From: Verrucomicrobiota bacterium
GTDB lineage: Bacteria; Verrucomicrobiota; Verrucomicrobiia; Limisphaerales; CANJXF01
Assembly (NCBI GenBank): GCA_038214755.1
Contig: JBBQRQ010000009.1
Location: forward strand, 14,871-78,870
Direction of reading: 5' to 3'
DNA: 64,000 nt
The notes beneath the pieces were generated by a model that was not told the DNA's origin, ran no database searches, and worked only from the letters and a program-made list of their open reading frames with translations. Positions 30,402 through 38,300 of this stretch are shown here, piece after piece. The translations under genes were made by a program, and so were the position numbers. Each line of letters starts with the position of its first letter. Position 1 is the first letter of the stretch.

Positions 30402-33400
30402 TTACGGACGCTCAAAGCGAATGCGGTAAAACCGCATGCCATTTGTACTCAGCGAGTCTGTATAGGATGACGAAATGCTCGTAGGCGGTTGATTGGTCCA
30501 GACATTCAGCCACACTTGATTCGTTGGGTTAAGCGTCAAACTGGTTTGTAGAGTTTGCCTCGCTTGCGTGCCCGCTTGCCAATCAATGCGAATGCCATTG
30601 GGAACTCTCTGCGCCCCGCTGATTCTGGGGTAAGAATTCGGATCAGTTGGATTCGTGTCCGCGATGTACTCGACAAAATTGCTCACGCCATCGTGGTCGA
30701 AATCACCATTGGTAGTTTGTGACAAGTTGCCGAAATACTGGAGTTCCCACCAGTCAGGGATGCCATTTGAGTTGGAGTCCTGATTCATGTTGATCTGAAA
30801 TGGAGTGGAGGGTGACCAATCCCCCAGCAGACTGAAATCCTGGGCGCGGGCACGGAGCAACACATTCGTGACTACGTTTCCGCCGAGGTCGCCCATTACA
30901 TTCCAAGTCAACGAATGATTTACACCTGTTGGCAAAGTAGCGACACGGTTGCTGGAACTATACGGTGCGCCATCTAAAGCCGTGAGCGTGGCGTTCTGCC
31001 AATTGGTCGCGCCGGAGAATTGGTATTGCAGGTAGGGTGTTGAAGCGTTGCCTTCGGCGTCCCAGAGACGAACCCTCAGGGCGGCCAGACTGCCCAGGAT
31101 ATTTGTCTGAGGTAACACGGCGGCGGCCGGTGGCGTTTGAACGATGCCTGCCGTTTGCGGCAGCACGGATTGCGGCGGCCACAGAATCACGTCGCATCGG
31201 GTTTGATTTATAGGATCAACACGCAGGCCGATCAAACCTTCGCCTGACCCCAACCTTTTCACACCCGCCAGCGCGTGCCAGGCCTTGCCCCCGTTCTGCG
31301 CGCTGAACAATTGCCGCTGCAACGGATTAGTACCCGTCGCCGTCCAGGCGAACACCTGACCGTCCGGCTCGCCGGTGAAAAAGACCTCGTTGCTGGCGTT
31401 GAGGAAATTCACCGAATCCAGGCCGTAACTCTGCGCCAATGTCAACGCGGCGATGGGCTGACGGGAAAGCGTCAACAAACTCGCGTTCGTTCCGCCCACC
31501 AGATATTCAGCCGTGACAAAGTCGTCGCCGAAATCAATCAAGCCGTTGGCGTTCTTGTCGTCGGTAAACGTGTAGAAAATGGAACTGCCGTTGGTGGCGC
31601 GCAGAAAACCTGAGGTGAGTGAACTACCACGCCAGTTGAACGTGTGTGCAGTCGACGGTTCTGAGAGCGAGCGCACCGGAACCTCGATAATTCCAGGAAA
31701 TATATTCAAAGGTACTTGGTAGTCGCGCCACTGTCCGTTCGCTTCAATGGCCGTATAAAACTCAAAGTTCTGTGGTTCGCCAGCGGCCCAGTTGGTGAAA
31801 GTAGAAGGTGAGCCGCTTATCCAGATGTACGGGTCAGCAAGCGTCTTCCTGTAAAAACCGATCCACGCTTGCACACCAAAATTGGTCGTGAGCCAGTTGT
31901 TTTCGGCCAAACTGTCTATTGTAACCAAGTTGCCTCCGAACTGCTGGGCATACGATTGAGCGGTTATCCAATCGGATTGCGTTGGCGTTAGAAAATAGGC
32001 CGACCCAGACCCGGCCCAGTATGTTGCATTCGCCGGAAGGGGTGGCGCAAAGGTGAGTTCGACTCCGCCAGAATCGAGTAGTCGAAAGCCCGTCCGATTT
32101 GCCATCAGGTCGGCAACAGTGCCAAGTCCGCGATGGGCGACGTTTGCCAATAGCGGACGAACGATCCAATTAGTCGAAAAGTTTGCGGCTGATAATGAGC
32201 CGTCCGGTGAATTGGATGTGGCGAGGCTGATAAGTATATCGGAACCACGCACGCCCAGTACGAACGCTGCTTGGTTCGTGGAAAGTGCCACCATATTCGA
32301 TTGCCAAAATCCACCGTTGCTCGTGAACTCCATCACGCGCCCGCTACCGTTCGTCGTTCCACGCAGGCCAACGTAGATTGCAGCGCTTGGCCGGTTCGTC
32401 ACTTGTCCGACGGCAATGGAGGTGATACCGAACGAACCTACGTCCACTCGTTGTGTTGACCAGCCGCTCGAAGTTTCTGTTAGAACCAGTAGAAAGTTCG
32501 TGTTCGTTCCCGGATTGCCATCCGCGCCGATGACAATCTCCTCAGCACCAATTCCGTCCAGTTGGCCGACGCCGACAACGAAGTTGCTGGGTGTGAATGG
32601 CAGAACGAGCGAGGCGATGTTTATGCCGGGATTGCCGAGAAGATTGGGAGTGGACAGCGCATTGGTCGGGCTGCTGCCGGCTTTCCATTCCTGATAATCC
32701 GTCCAGCCATCACCGTCGCTGTCAAAGTAGGGACTGGTGTTGTTGGTCAGACCGTTGAGAAAGCGCCAGAGCACCGGAAGCCCGTTCGTCTCAGCGGCGC
32801 GGGAGAGGACGGTGTAACGCGCGGGATTTCCGTCGCCATCGTATTGGTAGGCAAGGGATATGCCGCGCGAAGATTCTTCGCCGACAAGTCGGTCGGTGCG
32901 GTCGTAGAAAAAACGGTTGGTTTTCTGGCCGCCGGTGAAGATTTCGTAGTCGGAAAGACCCAGTCCTCTCGAATAACCGTTGCGAGGATTGAACGGGGTG
33001 TTGGTGTTGGCAAGGCTGTATTGATATTCCTGCGAATTGGAGAGACCGTCAAAATCTGCGTCGTCGTTTGCGTCATTGATTCGCGGATTCAAACCGTTCT
33101 GCACCTCCCAGCCGTCCGGCATCCCGTCGCCGTCGGTGTCCTTCTCCAGCGGGTTCGTCCCGAAGACGAACAACTCGTCGTAATCGGAGAGACCGTCGCC
33201 GTCGGTGTCCGCATGGTCGATTCTTGTCCCAATTCGAAATTCGGTTATGTTGTCCACTCCATCTCCATCTTCGTCACCATTTGCAGACACAACTTGAAGA
33301 TAAACTGGCGCACTCGTAACGGATCCAAAACTATTCGTGGCGTATAATGAATAGAATCCAGAGTTCCCCGCTCCAACATTGGTCAAAATCAAGGCGCTGT

Positions 33401-34163
33401 TGGTCGCCCCATTAATGTTTGTATTATTATACCGCCATTGCAGTTGGATCGGCAGTAAACCACCTACAGCAAACTGGAGAGTGAATGTTTCGCCCGCTGG
33501 AATAAAATTCGACAAAGCCGGGGGGATTGTGATGGTCGGAGCAGAGGGGAAAACATGAACAGAGACGTTATCCAAACCCCAACTCTCGTCCTCAATTTGC
33601 TGTAAATTTTCGCCATAAAATTCAATTGCAACAGAGTTGCTGCTGTGGTCGGCTTCAAACAAGAACCGATATATAAAATCCCCTCCGTATAGCGTATTTG
33701 TTAGCAACGCCCCTGTCCCTGTTGGATAATCTCCCCCCGGATATGCACCAGGGTAGGCCTGTCGCTTTTGTCCGCCCGAGTAGGCAAACGTAGTCCGTAG
33801 AAAATTTGTGCCTCCTTGAACTCTACAACCCCAAATATCAGGGCCGTATTGCGTGTCGTTACCATCCCATGAACCCAAGATGTAGAGGTCAAATGAGAGG
33901 CGAATCCGCTGGTGAGGCAGCAGATTCGTCAAAGTTAGCCGCACTGTCTGAAGGCCAAGTGGGCCAAGAAATTTCTCTCCAAAGGTAGGACTCGTTATAT
34001 TTGTAACAGACCATTCCGAACCAGCGTTCGAGGAAAACCCGTTGGTATAAATAAGCTGGGGAGATGCGGAGCACCGAGCCAATCCAGTCTCCATAATTAC
34101 GAGCAATAGCGCCGGAATCAGGGCGAGGCTTCGTTTGGTTTTTGTGGCGCTTGCCGTTTTCAT
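30402..34163 (-). CDS. Large exported partner of the Rhs protein: N-terminal beta-sandwich, Ig, TSP3-like repeats, short YD-repeat segment, FG-GAP-like propeller with inserted C-type lectin domain, C-terminal FYR domain
   Basis: ATG at 34163 gives a signal peptide; D.DGDG..D..E repeats; FFYDRTDRLVGEE..GISLAYQYDGDGN; VGQLDGIGAEEIVIG; W..AQ.YA..GGNLVTI...EN.W...AWIG...FTNWAAGEP...WRD lectin motif; ends RFYRIRFERP. Confidence 0.85.
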   Translation of the reverse strand: MKTASATKTKRSLALIPALLLVIMETGLARCSASPQLIYTNGFSSNAGSEWSVTNITSPTFGEKFLGPLGLQTVRLTLTNLLPHQRIRLSFDLYILGSWDGNDTQYGPDIWGCRVQGGTNFLRTTFAYSGGQKRQAYPGAYPGGDYPTGTGALLTNTLYGGDFIYRFLFEADHSSNSVAIEFYGENLQQIEDESWGLDNVSVHVFPSAPTITIPPALSNFIPAGETFTLQFAVGGLLPIQLQWRYNNTNINGATNSALILTNVGAGNSGFYSLYATNSFGSVTSAPVYLQVVSANGDEDGDGVDNITEFRIGTRIDHADTDGDGLSDYDELFVFGTNPLEKDTDGDGMPDGWEVQNGLNPRINDANDDADFDGLSNSQEYQYSLANTNTPFNPRNGYSRGLGLSDYEIFTGGQKTNRFFYDRTDRLVGEESSRGISLAYQYDGDGNPARYTVLSRAAETNGLPVLWRFLNGLTNNTSPYFDSDGDGWTDYQEWKAGSSPTNALSTPNLLGNPGINIASLVLPFTPSNFVVGVGQLDGIGAEEIVIGADGNPGTNTNFLLVLTETSSGWSTQRVDVGSFGITSIAVGQVTNRPSAAIYVGLRGTTNGSGRVMEFTSNGGFWQSNMVALSTNQAAFVLGVRGSDILISLATSNSPDGSLSAANFSTNWIVRPLLANVAHRGLGTVADLMANRTGFRLLDSGGVELTFAPPLPANATYWAGSGSAYFLTPTQSDWITAQSYAQQFGGNLVTIDSLAENNWLTTNFGVQAWIGFYRKTLADPYIWISGSPSTFTNWAAGEPQNFEFYTAIEANGQWRDYQVPLNIFPGIIEVPVRSLSEPSTAHTFNWRGSSLTSGFLRATNGSSIFYTFTDDKNANGLIDFGDDFVTAEYLVGGTNASLLTLSRQPIAALTLAQSYGLDSVNFLNASNEVFFTGEPDGQVFAWTATGTNPLQRQLFSAQNGGKAWHALAGVKRLGSGEGLIGLRVDPINQTRCDVILWPPQSVLPQTAGIVQTPPAAAVLPQTNILGSLAALRVRLWDAEGNASTPYLQYQFSGATNWQNATLTALDGAPYSSSNRVATLPTGVNHSLTWNVMGDLGGNVVTNVLLRARAQDFSLLGDWSPSTPFQINMNQDSNSNGIPDWWELQYFGNLSQTTNGDFDHDGVSNFVEYIADTNPTDPNSYPRISGAQRVPNGIRIDWQAGTQARQTLQTSLTLNPTNQVWLNVWTNQPPTSISSSYTDSLSTNGMRFYRIRFERP
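34108..34125 (+). repeat. Direct repeat copy 1 (AGCGCCGGAATCAGGGCG), att-like boundary of the TA cassette
   Basis: Identical 18-mer at 35267-35284; similarity extends about 12 bp further (AGGCTTCGTTTG vs GGGCGGCGTTTG). Confidence 0.85.
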
Positions 34164-34186
34164 GCGGAGCGGGTAAGGTTTGCGGC

Positions 34187-34444
34187 ATGAGCACGCTGAC
34201 GATTCAATTGCCGGATGACTTGAAAGTAGAACTGACGGTGGCCGCGCGCCGGTCGGGGAAGACGCCTGCGCGATTTGTGCGCGAGACGCTGGAGCATCGC
34301 TTGAAGCCCGGTCGTGTCCGGGCGCGCAGCCGTGCGTCGCTTTATGAATTGAGCCGCGACCTGTGCGGGAGCGTGACGGGCGGGCCGCCTGATCTCGCGC
34401 GGAACAAAAAATATTTGAAGGGTTATGGCGCATGGAAACGGTGA
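34187..34444 (+). CDS. Ribbon-helix-helix (CopG-like) antitoxin
   Basis: MSTLTIQLPDDLK..L..AARRSGKT...FVRE.LE; DLARNKKYLKGYG tail; overlaps the PIN gene. Confidence 0.85.
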   Translation: MSTLTIQLPDDLKVELTVAARRSGKTPARFVRETLEHRLKPGRVRARSRASLYELSRDLCGSVTGGPPDLARNKKYLKGYGAWKR

Positions 34445-34845
34445 TGGTGGATGCCGGGCCGTTGGTGGCTTATCTCAAGCGTGACGACGGGGATCACGTT
34501 TGGGCGAAGGAAGTGTTTCAACGTCTCACCACTCCGCTCTTGACATGTGACGCGGTATTGGGCGAAGTGGTTTTTCTTTTGCAGCAAACTCACGGCGGCA
34601 CGCGACAATTGATCGAGCTTTTGGAGAATGGCCTCGTCGTGCCCGCCTTCGATCTGGCCGGCGAACTTCCCGCCGTGGGAGAATTGCTCCGCAAATATGA
34701 GAGCGTGCCGATGTCGCTGGCGGACGCCTGTCTGGTGCGGATGGCGGAATTGCACCGGGACGCGGTGGTGCTCACGCTGGACGGAGACTTCCGAATCTAT
34801 CGCAAGAACCGGCGGCAGGCGATCCCGCTGATTTGCCCGGAGTGA
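34432..34845 (+). CDS. vapC: PIN-domain toxin (VapC family)
   Basis: VDAGPLVA...D.DH...E...MSLADACLV..AE...VLTLD.DF PIN motifs. Confidence 0.9.
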   Translation: METVMVDAGPLVAYLKRDDGDHVWAKEVFQRLTTPLLTCDAVLGEVVFLLQQTHGGTRQLIELLENGLVVPAFDLAGELPAVGELLRKYESVPMSLADACLVRMAELHRDAVVLTLDGDFRIYRKNRRQAIPLICPE

Positions 34846-34871
34846 TAGAACGCGGGGCGTGGAATAACACA

Positions 34872-35297
34872 ATGCCAACGATGAAAACCAAGAACCCCAA
34901 TCCCGGCTCGCACGAACATCTCCTACAGATTGTCGAGAAGCTGCCGAGCGATTTCGAGCCGTTCGGACGGCGGAAGCATCGTGGCTCGGATTGTTCGTGC
35001 GGTTGCAAACATTTTCTGAAGCTGGCTGGCGAGCTTGGTTCTGATTGGGGTGTCTGCGAGAATTCCAAAAGCCCGCGCTGCGGTTTGCTGACATTTGAGC
35101 ATCAAGGTTGTTCTGAATTTGAATCAGCGGAACGGTCGGCGCATGCATCACGACGGCATCCAGTTCTGGCAACGGAAACGCGCCACGCTCCAGCGGGTGG
35201 GCTGGGTGTAACCAGAATGAATCGTGAGCACGGAAGCTTGGCTCGCAAGACAAGCGCGGCGGCACGAGCGCCGGAATCAGGGCGGGGCGGCGTTTGA
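34872..35297 (+). CDS. DUF3027-like Cys-rich small protein (3' extension probably read-through)
   Basis: DCSCGCKHF..L.G.LG.DWGVC.N..SPR.G.LTFEHQGC..FE pattern. Confidence 0.65.
   Translation: MPTMKTKNPNPGSHEHLLQIVEKLPSDFEPFGRRKHRGSDCSCGCKHFLKLAGELGSDWGVCENSKSPRCGLLTFEHQGCSEFESAERSAHASRRHPVLATETRHAPAGGLGVTRMNREHGSLARKTSAAARAPESGRGGV
35267..35284 (+). repeat. Direct repeat copy 2 (AGCGCCGGAATCAGGGCG)
   Basis: Lies in a - strand ORF starting at 35316 (MNLGHHIKRRPALIPAL) that overlaps the Rhs stop codon (ATGA). Confidence 0.85.
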
Positions 35298-35312
35298 TGT
35301 GGTGGCCTAAGT

Positions 35313-38300
35313 TCATCGGCGGCGGGGGATCGTGAGAACTTGGCCTGGGCGAATGACATTCAGATTCTGGAGGCCGTTGGCGGCACCAATTGCTGCCGCA
35401 CTGCTGCCGTAGTTGTATCCAATGTTGCCGAGCGTGTCACCGGATTTGACTGTGTAGGTGGTTGATCCGCCTCCGCCGCTGCTGGTCGAAGTTGTGCCAC
35501 CGCCTGATCCGCCACTTGGCTTTGTTGACGTCGCTGCTGTCGTCCCAGAGGCTTTGGGGGCAGCGACAGTGGCGGTGCGGCTAGGCATTGAAGGGGCTTG
35601 CGATGATGAAGCCTTCTGAACTCCGTATCCTAAAGAGTTAAGAATATTTCCGCCTACATTGCCGGCAGCATTTATTCCATTCATATATGAATTCATCAAA
35701 AACTTGGAAAACTTCAAGATTGGATCGGTTGTGTGATTGGCTACTTGATCACCGATATAAAATGCAACACCAACTCCGCCGACACTTGCCCCACTCTCAA
35801 TAAGCTGTCCTCCAGCATGTATAGTATGAGCGAATGATTTAAATTGAAATCCGAGCTCTGCAATTTGCTCGCGCCGTTCGTTTCCCATACCAGATGCAAC
35901 AGTTAAATCTACAGCGGCGCTTTCAGCAAGGCCCTCAAGGCTTCCTTTAAACCAGCCAAGAGCAAATGCTGCTACCCACGGGTTCTGCCCATTTGGGTCA
36001 GTATACTTTAGCGGGTTTTCTTGCGCATAAGAAAACGCTTCTGGCTTCCACCCCGGCCCAATATTCTTCACCGGATCGCTGGATAGAAACACTCCTGCAT
36101 CCGCCGAGTAATACCGCGCTCGCATGAAGTAGAGACCGGGCAATTCCTCCATCACGCCTTGTGAACCGACGAAAAGATACGAATTGGAAAATTGAGATTG
36201 AAAATTCGTTGAGCCGAGGCTGCGGCCATAGGGCGTATAGGCGTATTGCGCCACAAGGTTTGCGCTTCCATCGGTGAGCGCGCTGATGTTGGCTTGCGCA
36301 TCGGCGTGATAACAGGTCAGGCCATTCGTAGCGTTTACTTTGTAGGACAGGTCGGGGCCGTGGACGTACCAGGCAGTGATGTTGCCACTGGCATCCGTGT
36401 CGCAGAGAGTCCGCTCCATGCTCCCTTGCAAGTCGAGAACGTAACGGGTTTCCACAGCATCCAACGTCCGCGAGATGCGGCGACCGAGCGCGTCGTAGCG
36501 GTTGGTGATAAGCTTGTCGGTCATCGGCATGAGCCGCCAGAAGATGGAAGTAGTGCGGTTATCTTCGTCGTAAGTCAGGGCCCAGCTTTGTCCACCACCA
36601 CTGGCGTTGGTCATGTTGCCGCTGGCATCGTATTGATAGGTGAAGTTGTTTGTAGAATTCAGGACATCGACGCGATTGGTGATACGGCCCGCTGGGGTGA
36701 AGCGGGATGTTTCATCAATGAGCGACGGTAACGGCCAGGCAAATGTTCCTCGTTCGCCACCGCCGGTTTTGTTGCCATTGCGGTCGTAGGCGTAAGTCAG
36801 CGCGATGTTGATCGAGTTGGAACTGATAAGCGACGGCGCATAACTGAGGCTGGTAATTCGGCCTGCGGTATCAAAGGAGTTCGTCTGGGTAATGCCATTG
36901 GGGTAGGTCCGTGCCAGGAGACGGTCCGCCTTATCGTAAGAGTAAGTCATTTGCCTTCCCGCCCAATCCACTTGATTGGTGACGCGACCGATGGCATCGA
37001 AGCGGTTCACCAAAACCTTCCCCGCTGGATAAGTCAACGCAACCACTCGCCCCAAAGCATCGTATCCATAATGAATGGTTTGTGAAAAAGCATCGGTCAC
37101 GTCAATGGCGCGATCCAGTGAATCATAAGTAAAGCGCGTCGTGGTGGGCGTCAGTCCAACGCGACGAGTGATGGTGCGGGGATTGTTGTTGTCGTCGTAG
37201 CTGAAGGTGTTTTGTCTTCCGGTATTGAATGTCACGGATTGAACGCGACTAACCGGGTCGTAAATAAGAGTGCGCGTCGTGCCATTCGGATCGATTTGTT
37301 GTCGCAAGCGAAGAAGCTCGTCGTAGTCATAACTCCACTGGTTCGTGTCCTGATTGATCTCTGTCTTACGCTCATTACGCAGGCCGTAGGTCATGACGTA
37401 GTGACCGCCCAGCGCGTCCGTGATGTTGGTGATGTTGGCAACCCCATCGTAGTCATAGAGCCACTGGAAATTTTCGGCATCCACCCATTTGGTGAGGCGT
37501 CCGCGTCCATCATAAAAGTGCAGCGAAGGATAGCCGTTTGGCGTAGTAATTTGTTTAATTCGTCCGGCCGCATCGTAGGAAGTGGTTCTGGTATCGCCTT
37601 GAGGATTCGAGTCAGCAATCGCACGGTTTAACCGATCATAAGTTTTCGTCCAACGTTGAGCAACCTGATCCATTAACGCAATAACATTGCCGTTGGCATC
37701 AAAGACATTTGTCGTAGTAAACCCCAGCCCGTTACTCACTCGCTCCAGGCGATTGGCGGAATCATAATAATTCGTGCTGGTATTGCCTATTGGATCGGTG
37801 ATGCGTTCCAGTTTTCCGCGAGTTGAGTAGAAAAATAAATTCGTATTACCCGAGCGATCTATTGTTTGGTTGCGTTGGTTTGCCGCGTCATAAAAATGCC
37901 GGGTGTTTTGTCCCTTGCCGTCGGAAGCAGCGAGGAGATTTCCATTGGCATCAAAGGTCCTGGTAAATATGCGGTTCAAGGGGTCCACGGTGCGGACAAC
38001 ATTGCCGTTAAGGTCGAGTGTTAAGAAGGTCAAATCTCCCAGCGGATTCATCTCGGCAAGTTTCCAGCCGACATCATTGAGCGTGTAAGTCCACGTGCTC
38101 AGCGCCGCGTCGGTTTTGGATTTCAAGAATCCATTCGTGTCGTAGCTCATGCTGGAAACGTGCGCGTTAGCATCCGTTGCGGTCATGACAAGTCCGTTAG
38201 TGAAATAAGTATAGGTCACCAAAGCGCCAAGCGCATCGTAATGACGAAGCAGGTTTCCGTTCGTATTGTTCAGTTCGTAAAAGTTCGTCCAGCCCAGAGG

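Larger units (their letters stand above)
34126..35284. mobile_element. Putative inserted TA cassette (antitoxin-PIN toxin-DUF3027-like) bounded by direct repeats
   Basis: Three + strand genes inside a - strand operon, flanked by 18-bp direct repeats that duplicate the signal-peptide codons of the downstream gene; no recombinase encoded. Confidence 0.6.

Noticed and set aside
34164..34433. ORF-track N-terminal extension of the 1343-aa protein
   Set aside because: It is antisense to the RHH antitoxin; the signal peptide begins at the ATG at 34163.
34423..35316. 297-aa - strand ORF as the Rhs immunity protein
   Set aside because: Beyond the first ~17 codons (the relic gene start) it is the antisense shadow of vapC and the DUF3027-like gene, with no protein-like features.
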